Assembly: GCA_003693705.1 (NCBI GenBank)
Contig: RBZT01000673.1
Coordinates: 1 to 64,000 of the forward strand
DNA: 64,000 nt
Reading direction: 5' to 3'
Source of the DNA: Polymyxa betae A26-41
Taxonomy: Eukaryota > Protista > Endomyxa: Phytomyxea
Below the pieces are notes generated by a model, which did no database searches, was not told where the DNA came from, and saw nothing but the letters and a program-made list of their open reading frames with translations. Within the stretch, counting starts at the first letter, position 1. Each line of letters starts with the position of its first letter. The translations under genes and the position numbers were made by a program. Of the stretch, positions 1 to 13,417 are shown one piece after another.

Positions 1-16
1 GGCTGATGCAGAGCTC

Positions 17-346
17 GTGGATGAAGTTCAAATAGTCATCAACGATGACGATTTTGACCTTGACGGGATAGCTTTCGATCAGGACATTGTTCGGAGTAGA
101 TGGGAGGATTTGATTAAATGGAATCCTGCGGCAGAAAATTCCTTGAGGGCCGCCTATACTGGAGACAGCAGAGCAACGAAATATCGGAAGCAAAAGGAGC
201 AAGAGCAGCGTCATCGCTCGGTCGCCGATTGTCCGAAAATCCACACATTTTTCGCAAAAACGAATTCCTCAGCATTGTCAGGAACTTCCATCAATGCTTG
301 TTATGTTGTAATCAAGAATGAGCAGGTTAAATGCCACCTTTGGTGA
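17..346 (+). mobile_element. Probable degenerate DNA-transposon protein fragment (N-terminal region)
   Basis: LRAAYTGDSRATKYRKQ..K(I)HTFF resembles, from memory, N-terminal segments of Tc1/IS630-like transposon proteins of fungi and oomycetes. It runs into an assembly gap, and no DDE core or TIR is visible. Confidence 0.3.
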
Positions 347-375
347 CAAAATGAAGGAGGATGGTAATCAAATTG

Positions 376-422
376 NNNNNNNNNNNNNNNNNNNNNNNNN
401 NNNNNNNNNNNNNNNNNNNNNN
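376..422. other. Assembly gap (47 N)
   Basis: Run of N directly visible. Confidence 0.99.
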
Positions 423-555
423 CGATTTGACTCTCTTCGGCTGCTGACTTTCGCAACGAATTCGGCTCGCTAGCATCGAATGTTTTCATCAAAAGCTCGA
501 TCGAATCTGGTTATGAGTGCAGGTCCTTTTTTGATTTGATATATATCCGATTGAG

Positions 556-690
556 AGACAAGCGCGTTCAGCGATTGAGTTCCAAGCTGCCATCGTCTTA
601 CCATATTGGCAACCTTTTCCCATGGCTTCATTGCGTTTACTTCTCGTAATTGTAACAAAACGTCATCGCAACATGCAATCTTTTGTCTAC
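556..690 (-). pseudogene. Frameshifted Myb/SANT-like domain remnant, possibly from a PIF/Harbinger accessory ORF
   Basis: Joining two minus frames gives DDVLLQLREVNAMKPWEK/GCQYGKTMAAWNSIAER, fitting the pattern (D..LL.EV...PW....G....W..IA) of protist Myb/SANT-like proteins. This needs one frameshift. Confidence 0.35.
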
Positions 691-1406
691 CTGAGTAAGG
701 AGAAACAACTTCAGTGAAAGAAACGACGATTTAAGGGCAGCATTCGAAATCGCAGAGTTATCCATCGCTTTATTATCTGAGACTGTAATCTGAATCTCAA
801 ATCTTATTTGAGATATATACGCTGGCTGAATCTTGTGAATCGTAATTGAAACGTAATTTTGAATGGTGTAATTGAGATGAGAGACATACCGCTTGAAGAG
901 TCATCGTACTGATCCTCAAAGTGAACGACCTGGCCAAACGGAGTGTTAAGCCAAATTAGCCTGTAAAGGAAATTCCTGCCCCGATAGTTACCGCATTCGC
1001 ATCCCTTCTTCGGGGAAATCGGATCAAGAGCAACTCTTGAACCTTTCGACCGAGAAATGTTCAACGACAAGATCGCACTTGTCGGAGCATTGGAATTTGA
1101 TAGTGAGCGATCCAATTTAGGGTTTTATTGATCAGTCCTGTCTCTAAGACACTCGCGTAGGAATTCTGAACAGTGTTCGCTTGCGTCCTTTAGGACGACC
1201 TGTTCCATTCAGCATGAAATCCACCCAAAATCTTTGTCGAGTAATAGCGACGACAGTGGAAATGTTGCAGCGATTGCAACGTAATCCAAAACGCTGTATA
1301 AATCAGAAACCGGTCACGGTTCGGGGGGTTCGTTGGGAGATCCAGACGAAAGCAAAACAGACATCATTTACGACAGAGCCTGACTGAATTCACCATGCTT
1401 TTCATA

Positions 1407-1950
1407 TCATGAGATGTTGCAACTCTGGAATATGATATCAGCAACCTCTCGACACATACTGTGATTAGTAAATAAATCGGATGTTAAACGAGGCAACAAC
1501 TCGGTTTGGGCGGCGATCACCTGGTTGCGTATGACAGCTTCGGCGCCTCGCAGCAACTGCACAACCGCTGTAAACCAGTTCAAACTAGAATCCGAGAATT
1601 CTTGAGCTTGAACAGAGACGGATTTCAAACCGTCTAGTTGCAGGAGCTGTTCGTCGACCGATTTCAAATCATGCTCTACATTGGCCTTTTCCGTTAGAAT
1701 GTGGTCACGCTGAATAAGTAAAGGGGCTTTCTGCCTTTTCAATGGTCTCATCGGCAACATTGATATGTTTGCCATGTTGGACGCATCGCCCTAATTATCC
1801 TGATTACGGAACCTTCCGTGCTACAGAAAGATTTTGCTGACCTTGACCAAACCATCGATAACCTTGGCCTGTTGTTTAACAATGACATTCTGCTGTCCCT
1901 GGGATAGTTCTCTCTGCAGATTTCGTGTCTGGGGATATCGAGGATCAGTA
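1407..1950 (-). CDS. Hypothetical protein with coiled-coil character; 5' end uncertain
   Basis: The 122-aa ORF 1407-1775 joins in frame to an upstream exon (QTRNLQRELSQGQQNVIVKQQAKVIDGLVK) via a GTCAGC..TTAG intron. No recognisable family. Confidence 0.4.
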
Positions 1951-3658
1951 CGGTGCACCTGATTCCGTTCTGATAGACCCACTCCCCTTAGGGTGATTGG
2001 CGGATGTGTTTGGAATAGATCGTTGTTCGGGAAATTGAAATGGTATGAGTGGATTTGAGTAAATTTTTGGGATTTAGCTGATAGTTTTGGGGCTTGGATT
2101 ATTGGAGAGAATTATTTAACGTGATTTTTTGAAGTCATTTTTGGTTTTCGGATTTTGCTATTTTTGGAAAATGACGGATTGGAATTTTATTGGGGTTAGG
2201 ATTTAAGGTTTGATATTTTGGGATTTGGAAAGTTTTTTTGGGTGAAGACTACCGACGCCTTTGTCCTTTTTAGAGAGTCCTGTCGGATCGTCTCTGAAGT
2301 GTTTCTTGTTATTTTGTTGGCAAGAGTTTTCCAGTCCCGATGGTGCACGTTTTCGAGGTTCTGCAAACTATGGGTGATGGCCAAGCTTCATTTGTCCCGA
2401 TTTTAACACCGTTTAGTTCTGATTGGTCATGTCGTTTTTCTTCTTCCAAACACGACAACGTGTGGCTTTGCGTTGTCTATCTCGTTCCGTTCATTTTCCT
2501 TAATATAAAGATGGCGCTCCGAGATTCTGAGCCTTTAGGAATTCAGATATAATATGATACAATCCAGGTCATTTAATTGATAGGCAGATTCAAAACTCTA
2601 ATTTCAATAGGTCACCCAAATTAGCCTACGTCATTAGTTGATTTTCCAGTGTATCTGTACTGGGAATTTGGGAAATATCCAGCACGATAAATGATTCAGC
2701 CAGGAATATATTAGCGGCAGGATGGTGGAAACATCTTATCGAGATTGTCGAAGTGCTGGCAATGAACATATTGTTAGCTGACCAAGTACGTATGCAGCAG
2801 CATGTATTGCAGACAAATAGCGACTTTCCATTAAAGTTGTACTTTCCTTCGCTCCTGTTTCAATGTTCGGTCTAATGGTTCTCTCCCTGTTCGTTTGTAT
2901 GACGACTGAATCTGCTGCAGAAAACCTATTAATTTCTGAGCTACAACTGCTTTGCGTCTTGTAAAGAAGCAAGTTGCTGGGCATGCTTAAACACAGCCTT
3001 GTTATTAGAGGCCCGACTCTAGAAGCGGACGAGACGATTGACGCTTTAGTTCCTTTTACATGGGAGAGCGAATCGCGTTTCGAGACAGTATGCGATCGAA
3101 ACACAGTTTCCAGCAGTTCTTAGTAAGCAGTTAGTTTTAGGGAAAAAGATCGTGCGATTGCAAGGAAGATTTTGCTGATAGGCGGGAGTTATCGAATGCT
3201 TTAAAATTAAGCAGCAACTCTGCATATGTAACTTCACTAGCTGCTATTATTCCTTGCATGACGAACGCTTACGTCAATGAGGTATAATCCAGCAGGGTCT
3301 TAGAAACAACTTCCACAGACTCCTGAGGACACGATTCACCCCATTGAAACCAACAAGAGCTTCAAACACAAGAGCCATTTCAAAGAGAAACTTTTTGAAT
3401 CAGAACTCCAGAATGATCTTTTCCCGTATTGATTGCATGTGTCGATATCTGCAAGACCCGGCCTCAGCAAATTACGATCAATCCGGATCATTGCCGATTG
3501 ATTGATGCAGGCCCAGTTGGTTTCCGAAGGCTCGGTCCCGATCGGAACCTTCATCTCGATGCCCTCAATCGGTTTTTAGAATTAGCACAAGAGGACGTTG
3601 CTCTTCAACGATTCCAACGAAGCTTATACCCAATCCCGGTTCAGGCATAGCTTCCTAA

Positions 3659-4948
3659 ATGTCATGGTGGCAACATTTCGACTCAAGATGGGATTTACGC
3701 TCCTATGCATTGTCGCAGTCGTTGCTGCCTGAATCCGATTCTGAATCCGCCAATAACGCTGCTGAATATGGAGGTTCCCGTTTAAACCTACATGTAAGAG
3801 GTCGGTGATTATGGATTCGAAATGATGTTCACGGCTCAGGCTGTTATCGAATTTGTTGGCAATTACCGTTATCAGACTCGATCAATCCTAGAATCTGACT
3901 TTTGCATGGTTCTGGAGGTATAGTGCTCATGTGATGAAAATTGAACTTCGTTAATAGTTGCCTGATAGATCATTCTCGGGTTTCTAGCTTTGATGTTCTC
4001 TCATGATTTCTGCCTTCTTGAACTGTGGTTAATCCCTTTCTGGCTGCGAAACCTGCTATCCATCTATATGCCTTCAATTGTATGTAATAATATTTCAGGT
4101 CAGATCCACATTGATATCTTCGAACAGATCATATCCTGGCGCAAAGGTAATCGTGGGAACCACAACAGCAGGATCAGGTCAATTATGTATTGGCTCAGCC
4201 AAATCTCCAGTGTTCTGGTTAGTTATCGACTTTGTTATTACTGTAATACTGAGTATTGAACAGATTGTAATCTGCTTTCTGGTGGGCTGTGCGACCTATG
4301 CTGGCAGTAAAGCATTAATGAGCCCTTTTACACTTGTTGTGTTCCTATTCTGTGCTATGCACTTCATGTCTATCCTCATTCCTGCTCTTTTCCTGTTACG
4401 AACACGTAAGAAAATGTTTGAACAATATCTCTCATCTGAGCTCTACACAGTACTTTGCATTCCTTTGATGTGGAAGTGGCGAAGGTGGATAATGAAATGC
4501 CATTGATACAGCTTCTCTTACATTGTTTCAAAGGAATGATCAAGCTCAATTCACATCATATCAAGAAATGCAGCGCCTACGAGGTCAATCAACAGGATTG
4601 TCACCTGATGAAATTCACCAGCTGCCATTCGTACCTGTTATCAGAGCGCCATCGTCTTCCAAAAGTGTATGGCTTATTGGATTAACGAGGCTTTCGACTA
4701 TTAAAACTTCTATTTCGCAGGAGTCGGTTTGTGCAATTTGCCAAGAAAGGGCGGTAGTTGGGGACGTTCTTCGAGTCCTTTCGTGAGGAAAAATGTAATT
4801 TGTGTGCAAGCCAAACTGATTTTATTCTAGATGTAATCACTACTTCCATGCTGAATGCCTAGACGAGTGGCTGACGCTTCATGCAACTTGCCCTTTGTGC
4901 AGGCAATCTGTTGCTGTCGAGTCTATATCTATCCCCGTTTCGTGTTAG
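3659..4948 (+). CDS. Multi-pass membrane RING-H2 E3 ubiquitin ligase
   Basis: Hydrophobic exons, a [11 protein letters not shown] motif, then spliced [18 protein letters not shown]|[23 protein letters not shown], a canonical C3H2C3 RING. Stop TAG at 4946-4948; start inferred. Confidence 0.8.
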
Positions 4949-5328
4949 CATCGTCACGTTTCTCAAGAATACAGCAATAAGGTATCTTTAATACACCCTT
5001 ATGAAAAGTCAAAGAGGACGAGCGAGGTCAGTGAGTAAAGCAGTTCAATAACGTTCTTACATCAAACAAAAGCTGGATTATGCGAATGCAATGAACTTAC
5101 ACAGTCTCACTTTCAGACAAGCGTGAAATAGCTCAAAACCGGAATTCTATTAAACTGAAACGACAAAAACCTTCGCCACATCGACTGTCTGAAAGAGTAG
5201 AATACAACAATTTGCTTTCAGTGTATTTCTAGATAGCGAAATCAAGAAAAAGCATACGGTCGATATCGATTTGTTTATAGATGATTGCTTTGGCCAACAT
5301 GCATTAGAACCTTTGAATCGAAATTTGT

Positions 5329-6127
<799 letters not shown>

Positions 6128-6647
6128 TCAAAACCGCTTCAAACGAGTGGAACGCCGTAGGCCGCGCCCTATCTCGATCTCCCCAGTCGGCAGAGACAGC
6201 GCAGCCCGCAGTTCAGTTATAGGCGTAGAGAGAATCGCCTGAAAGCCCTGAATCAGCAACGTTACTGCATCGCTACTTACCAAGCAGGGCCGCGCTTTCA
6301 TCTAACTACTTTCATGCTGAACATGCTTGATATGCGACCATGATAAAACATGAATATATTCATGCCTAATTCTTGTAAGTTTCAGTTTAATTGCCCTGTC
6401 GCATATCCCTTGATCTTGTAATGATTGGCTCTTGACTGTAAGGATACGCTAACCTGATAGATGTGTCCACGATGCATTGAGAGATCGCTTCCGGAGCGAT
6501 GACATTCGTTTGAGTCAGATTGGACAGCGATCGGCGATACAAAATTATGAAGTACTCTCATAGTTTTATAACGACTTAGTTATCAATAGAATCGATACTG
6601 TGATTTTTCGATTTCAAGATCTCGGCATTTGGCGATCGGGGATTATG

Positions 6648-7402
6648 TCATAATATCCAAGCCTGCTTTTGCAAATCGATTTTGCTAATAAATTGAAGGA
6701 AGCTTTCAAACACGTTTTCAGGCATCGGCTCCGCTAGTGTTATATCATCTTCAAATGCGCCATCAAGCGACGGTTTTGCTCTTGTTTTCTGCATCTGCAG
6801 GTTCACCATGAGATTCGGCGTTCGTTGCGCGGTGTACTTCTCTTTGCATATTCCAAGTTTGAGATCGCTGCGCCTCGTACAGGATCGTTCTTTGGGAAGA
6901 AGATCATCATAAGTATCATCTTTGGCTCTGCTTCCTTTGAGCATCTTCGCGATAGTCTCGGTCTTCAAATTCTATCCAGCATGAAACGATTGGTGCTACA
7001 GCATTGCACGAAATCATATCTCAGGACCATGTGTCAATTTTGGAGGCTTTGTAGCTGTGGAATCGATTGGTGGAACGACATTAAACACAATCGGATGGGT
7101 ACCAAAATTCACCCGATCCGGTTACATTAAGAATGGATGCAAATCGTACCTGGCGCCTGAAAATACTAATCAAAATGCTGAACGTTCTGATTGTGATCCA
7201 CTTTGATTCCGGCGTGGAAACTGGCTTGCCTTTTATGATGTCTGCGTTGTGCTGGACTGCTGGGATTGCTAGAAGTTTCCAGATAGTACATTACGTTTAT
7301 ACACCAATGGGCGGAAACATTGACTGGATGACTTTTCAGGTCAAGATCATATAGCCTTGATATCAGCATACACATACTAGGAGTAATGACTTCCAAAAAC
7401 AT
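6648..7402 (-). CDS. Hypothetical protein; exon structure unresolved
   Basis: Consecutive minus-strand ORFs of 106 and 78 aa separated by GT-AG-like segments. No family recognised. Confidence 0.3.
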
Positions 7403-7640
7403 AGCTTACTTCAGTTGCTGTTTGAAATAGTTAACATACAACACAGTGTATAGCTTCCAACGCAAGCCGATGTAAAAGCATGGTGTAGCTGAACTTTTAG
7501 TCGAGATATTCGTCAGCTAATGGAACTTTTCATTTAGTTTCTCGAAGCCGAAGCTTCTCATTCACCTTCAACTATTGATCAGTTTATGAGCAATATTAGG
7601 TTACAGCTGAAATAAATAGATAAGACAATGACATCTGCAT

Positions 7641-8630
7641 TCATACGTCTTCAATAGGCTCTTCAATAAGCTCTTGCCTGGGAGGATCCAGCACAATTCT
7701 AGACTGACTTTGGTATTGCAAAAGCACAGATTGTGGGACTCGGTTGTTGTTCGTTAGCGATAGCCTTGACAGCGATGTGTTCTCCGTCAACACCGTTGCA
7801 GCATCTGAGACTCCTTTCCCAGTGACTCCAGTAAAAGAGCACACAAGATTTCTTAAAACGTTGTTGCCGGTACAGATCACTTGCCCCGAAGCTTGTTTGC
7901 CACGCGGCTGGAATTTCTTCGTTTTGGCCTCTGTAGCATTCAAAGGAAAAGACTTCATTGCTGCCATAAGCGCCGACAACCCATCATCGCCAATAATGTT
8001 ATGCGATAAAGATAAAGAAAGCAATGTACGATCTGCTCGAAGAAGTTCAAACAGCGCCGTGCACGATTCCGCCGTAATCTTGTTGCTGCTCAGGCTCAGG
8101 ACAGCTAAGTGGCCACCCTCCGCAATAGCATCTAAAATTGGTCTTAAATCAGAATCAGTTAGGCGATTCCCTCGCAGGCTTAATAGCTTTAATGGGCTTT
8201 CAGGTCCAACAAGGTCAGCAAAAACTTTCGGATTGCTGGGAATAGGGTTCCAATCCAAATGTAGTGAGTGGATTGTCGGAACGCGCTTCAAAATTGCCCC
8301 TAGCAGATGAACAACATCTTCAGTAAGGCCAGCATTCCAAAACTGAAGCGTTGTGAGACGAATGCTTGATGGTAGACATAGAGATACGGCTGTAGCAGTG
8401 CCCAGATCGAAGGAGAACCCGAAAACTTGCAAAATGTAATCGTCGCTCTTGTTTGCGATCTTTCGAACGACGATCTTGGGGTGAGGAGCGATTCCCAGCA
8501 ATTTGCAGGCCGTGTGATAATCAGCCAGGAAATCTCCCGAGGGCGTAATGCTGGTGACAGTAGCGCCGGGTCGTCGCTGCTGGATCCAGTCGGTATTGGC
8601 TTGGGCGGACCAGCAGCCGATAGTAGACAT
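7641..8630 (-). CDS. RNI-like leucine-rich repeat protein, LRRC71-like; intronless
   Basis: 329-aa ORF with LxxLxLxxNxI/L repeats (LHLDWNPI, LSLRGNRLTD, LSLSSNKIT, LSLSHNIIGDDG). The N-terminal YHTACKLLGIAPHPKIV recalls LRRC71. Confidence 0.8.
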   Translation of the reverse strand: MSTIGCWSAQANTDWIQQRRPGATVTSITPSGDFLADYHTACKLLGIAPHPKIVVRKIANKSDDYILQVFGFSFDLGTATAVSLCLPSSIRLTTLQFWNAGLTEDVVHLLGAILKRVPTIHSLHLDWNPIPSNPKVFADLVGPESPLKLLSLRGNRLTDSDLRPILDAIAEGGHLAVLSLSSNKITAESCTALFELLRADRTLLSLSLSHNIIGDDGLSALMAAMKSFPLNATEAKTKKFQPRGKQASGQVICTGNNVLRNLVCSFTGVTGKGVSDAATVLTENTSLSRLSLTNNNRVPQSVLLQYQSQSRIVLDPPRQELIEEPIEDV

Positions 8631-10515
8631 GAGATCGAACTGGTAGGGTAAGCTCGCTCTACTTTGATGAGATAGCAGAGAGATGATAATGGGTCTCGGT
8701 CAGCCCATATCGGAGGCAAAAATAGACACTGAGAGTCCAGAAATATGGCATGAGCAAGTCACGAGGCATCATACAGCCCCAGGCCCTAAGTTGGGTCAGA
8801 GCCTCTTGACTGGCGCTACGCAATAACATCGTTTGACCAAATTCGGGGCGCTTGCTGTTCTGAGCCTTCCGTCGCTCACAACCATGGTGGTCTCACAAGA
8901 ATGTATCAAGTGAGAGTACGGAATGCGTTTCCCAACGTCGAGTATCTTCTTTCCTGCTGACCGCAGAGTCAGGAAGACGAGGGCTGAGGTCGTCAACAAC
9001 GCCCAAACTCACTCCGTTTTTCTATCTAATCCGATGGAGCTGCGTTCGACTCTTCGAGCTGGAATTGGATACAACTGCTATGATATCGCCGCGTGTTTCA
9101 AGGAAAATTTGCTATCCCTGATCTCATCCTGTCACTGGGCAATAACGTTGACTGTCTGATATCAGTTGCTAGTAGGCATATCAGCTGTCGACCATCAAAA
9201 GTCGTACGCAATCATACTGATGGATAACGGACAGAAACTCTTACAGCTTGCCGAAGATGAAATGGCAAATTCTGTGCATGTGGGTCTAGAGTTAAATGCG
9301 AGTTTAAAAGAAAAATGTCACTGCAGTGTGCAGATGAAGTTTGTTGGATTGTTGCTAATCACATAATAATAGACTCGATTTGCCGAAAGAGTGACATTTG
9401 AAGCTGAAAAAACCGCCAAGCTTTTTCTTATTATTCTAGACTGTATAGCGACCTGAACAGCTCCACTTTATTGACTTTAAACCCGCAGCCTAATCCAACG
9501 TGTATTCACACAGGACGTGTATGCTCGACTGCTTCGCAAGACGGCGCCATGGGATACCCTCCGGCCTCAGGGAAGCCCTTCTCCTGGTTGTTCAGTGTGT
9601 GTGAATCATTAAAGAAGTTGTCGGGGTTCTCGAAGCCGATCGTGATTCGCGACGAGGTCACAAACTGCCACCTTTCGGCATCGATCGATCTAGACATCTG
9701 CAGCGTACAGCGGATCTGAGATGTTATCCTGTTGGTCAGGTTATCTTCGCTGATACCTGCTGCTGGCAATCGGAACGCATCAACCATTTGCCGCCGTCCC
9801 GACCTTGCATGCGTTGTTTACAGATGATCTATGCTACCTACCGATGCATACAAATGACGTCTGGGAATAACTATTCAGCAATCCGCTTAGAAACAGAACT
9901 TAAACCATGTCACGTCTGTTCGTCTAAAACTAGAGCTAGCGACCGCGACTGAAGTGCGAGATGGCCCTGCCATCAAGTACATTCCGTTTTGAGTAGTGAT
10001 TGTCAATCACAAGGAGTGGCGCGGTCATGCATTATATGCCTGAGTGATCCCTACTGGAATTGCAGCTTTGCCTCAGTTTAAGACTATCGCAGCCAGGGTG
10101 AAGAATGTTGAAGATCGGGAATGCCAGGGTTTTGTGTGAAATAAAAACCTTTCCCTGTTTTTTTTTGGCTGAACAATTCGTCGTAGTACTCTGAGTAGAT
10201 TGCAAGATTAGAGCGCAGCTATGAGCGAAAGGTCGGGAACGGTCGCCATGGCTATGTTTGAGTCTCACATCGCAGCGAGCGACAACTACCACTATCACTG
10301 CCGCGAAGACGAGTCAGTTGAGAGCAAGGTTTACCTGAACCATTGCTTTTCGTCGAGTTCGCGGATTTCAACAGAAGTCACACCATCTATTTCATGGTTT
10401 ATTGTGGTTCAGGGTACAACAATTTTTCTTTTGAGCATATTCATAGCATCCCAATCGCATCAGAATTGATATAATTTAAGATGCAATGTCGCGCTTGTAG
10501 ATACTACTGCTCAGT

Positions 10516-11080
10516 TCATGTCGCGGCAACTTGGTTTGGAAGCATTGGAACGATCATAGGCACATCATCTTCGTCCTGAGACTCAGCTGGGGATTTCGCA
10601 AGCGGCGCTACAGGGACGGCAGTCTGTATTTCAACTCCAGCTTTCGAAACTTCAGAAGCCTGCAGCATTCTCGCTTGCTGAATTTTAGGTCGCGTTGTAT
10701 GTTCGAATATCATGTTAGAAAATTCAAGATAGCTTATCTGGCCGTCACCTAAAGTCATGTCAAACCTAGTAGCACGACATTGCCTGAAATTTACCATCTT
10801 CATCGCACCTAGGCAACAGTTCAACAATCGTAATATTAATGCGGTCGGTCTCTCGAACATTTTTATCATTTCATCGACCTCTTCATCGGTTATCAACTCG
10901 CCCATAGCTGTAAACACATGACGAAGCTCAGCAGCGCCTAAATGGTCTAAGCAATGGGTCCGTTGAAACTGTTAACTGACCTATGAAAGAGTTTGCATCT
11001 AGGTCAAACGAATCGAACGCTTCTTTAACTTCAGCATCGTCGAAAGGTCCGAACTGGATGACACCTTTGCTTTCAGCCAT
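10516..11080 (-). CDS. Two-EF-hand calmodulin-like protein with low-complexity C-terminal tail
   Basis: EVKEAFDSFDLDANSFIG|AAELRHVFTAMGELITDEEVDEMIKM|CDEDG|DGQISYLEF resembles a calmodulin lobe. Includes a 14-nt exon at 10795-10808. Confidence 0.85.
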
Positions 11081-11688
11081 TAGCCAATTCAATTCAGAAT
11101 GAAGTGTCTTCTTAGAGGCCACGCTTCTCCAGTCATGCAACTGCCAGTTTGTGGCTTATCAGCCTTTCCTCCAGATGATTTTACTCCCGACCATGCAAAA
11201 ATACCTGGACATAAAACTAGATAGCAGATGCAGGCGTCTGAATTTCCGAGTTCAAGCTGTGGCACAGTTTGACAAGTTCAGGGATCCGGGCCCAGCCGAA
11301 ACGCTTAAAGCGAGTTAGTGCTGTGGAAGTCAGCATAAACCTATCATAAAACTCTAGCAGAATACAAACACCCATGCAACGCTCTCCCTCTCTCGAGAGA
11401 CCTCAAATTCGATTGAACTCTTCGCTCTGGGTGAGCAAGAGACTACAGTACTATGCCATTTAGATAATGTTACAACGCAAGCGTGCAAAAATTCAATTAA
11501 TCTTGACTGTCATCTAAGATTAGAATTCATAACAAGTTGGCTGCTCACAGATTTTTCTGGAGCGAGATATTATCGAGCTGCCGATGACGTTTGGCCTTCA
11601 TTGAACTTGTCTCAGTTGCAAAGTCTCGCCCATCGCCGTTATTGTATTAACTGATACTGCCGGACTGAAAAGCGTGTCGCCATCAGCA

Positions 11689-12301
11689 ATGGCGGTTGCA
11701 GGCAGAATAGTTATCAGAAAGTATCAGCCTTCGGATCAGGATAAGGTTTTGGATCTGTTTGCAGACGGCATGAAGGAATACGAGCATCAAGGCCCCGAAG
11801 GGTCTTGGGCCTGGTATATAAAGAGGTCAATGGAAAGTGATCTCGTGAATATCGAGCAGGTCTACGACATCGGAAAAGAAGACGATGCTATACATATCGG
11901 TTGCTTCTGGGTGGCTGAGAGAGATGGAGACCTGATTGGAATGGTGGCCGCTGAAGCTCTAAACGATAGGCCTGGGGTCGCCGAGCTCAGACGCATGTCT
12001 GTATCCAGAAATGCTCGTCGTTTAGGATTAGCCAAGCGCCTCGTGAAAACGCTGGAAGACTGGTGTCGCGCTCATCAGTTTAACCGGGTGATATTAAGCA
12101 CACGGGAATCGATGCAGGTGGCTTGCTCTCTTTATCAATTGCTGGGATATGTTCGGAATCACACAGAAATTTATAAGTTTGAGAAGCGTGATGGCGCTGT
12201 TGTGGCTTTCAAGGCACCAGGCGATCGATACAGGCTCGCCAATTATTGACCCTCTTGAATTCCGTATTGTTTATTTCGAAAAGATTCTTCACCCTGATTA
12301 A
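11689..12301 (+). CDS. GNAT-family N-acetyltransferase (NAT8/Camello-like)
   Basis: IRKYQPSD, CFWVAERDGDLIGMVA, ELRRMSVSRNARRLGLAKRL (acetyl-CoA motif A), ACSLYQLLGY. The likely C-terminus IVYFEKILHPD* lies in the +1 frame. Confidence 0.85.
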
Positions 12302-12645
12302 TCCTATTTTGATCATCAAGATAGTGCCCAAAAGATGCAATCAGAAGCCAGTTGTAAAACTGGGCTGTAAATTCAAAATGCATGGATCGTTTGCATCGTA
12401 CAATATTGTCCCATTGTTACGAGAATAATAGCTTCTTTTCCAGAATCCGTTCGGCTTTGTTTGAATTGAAAACGCCTGTATGAGAATTGGTTCATTATCA
12501 GCCTTAGAAGCGATTGCATTCAAATGGCTAAAGCTGAAAATTCCATCCACAAAGCTCTGCTGCCTTTCGTTCGCAAAACACAAATATCAAGGTGAAAGAT
12601 ACGTTGCCAACCGATTAAGAATTTAATGCTGAATTCAACAAAAGT

Positions 12646-13417
12646 CTATTTGATTGTTAAATCAATAAAGGCTCGCGGCGTCTCCCTGTGCTGGATCTGC
12701 AGGGGCTTCCAGTAATTTCTGTTCTCGCGCTCATCCTGCTGCTCGAACTGGTAATCCCTTGGCAGCCGAACAATTCCGTTCGGCCTGATTTCTGCCTTTC
12801 GATGCGACCTAGAAGACCGTCAATGTCCCAAGCACCAATCGGGTTCAACTTCCTTACTTTCCAGGGCCAGTGCTAACAACGAATGGGGGTTTCGCTTCGG
12901 CTGGCGCATCTCTCGGCTGACGACATCTTGGCGTACGAGAGCGCGTCGCTCTTCTCGCTGGCTGGACAGACTGCGTCCGAATCGAACTTGACGGAACTTG
13001 TTGTTCGTCCTCCGGCCGGTTCGTCTTAGCTCGCGACAGACTCAGATTGCGAGCATGCCGAGATCTGGTTCGTCGCCGATGTTTTACTGGTGACAACGGC
13101 CGCTGTGGCGGCAGCCGTTTCTCCTCTATTGACGAAGCTTCCGAAAGAACTGATCGAATCTGATAGAGAAGCTTATCACATTCTTCTTCCAGCGATTCGA
13201 CGATGCTGTCTTTAAATTTATGTTCTGACGCCGTTGTACTATCGGATTTCTTGATGTTGTGAAATTGGGTAAGGCTGAGCTGCCGGTTGATGGCCTCTTC
13301 TGGAAGCGATTTTAACGAGCCGAAGACGGTCTGGTCAATAAGTGGCAGGCAGGGACCGATAGGGAACGAATCTGATCGAAAGAGCGGGTATTCAGATCGT
13401 CGGGATCTCGATGACAT
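12646..13417 (-). CDS. Hypothetical Arg/Ser-rich protein, 2 exons
   Basis: 187-aa ORF spliced via GTAAGG..CTAG to KSHRKAEIRPNG..AFIDLTIK*, with a short coiled coil. No family recognised. Confidence 0.55.

Noticed and set aside
2736-3554. Possible minus-strand spliced gene
   Set aside because: Several short ORFs and splice-like sites exist, but there is no coherent model or motif.
7744-8310. Long antisense or alternative-frame ORFs (also 20095-20613, 33254-33661, 36978-37469)
   Set aside because: These are shadows of real genes on the other strand or frame, with no independent motifs.
8884-9790. Possible small spliced genes between the LRR and EF-hand genes
   Set aside because: I could not build a consistent exon chain with canonical sites or recognise any family.
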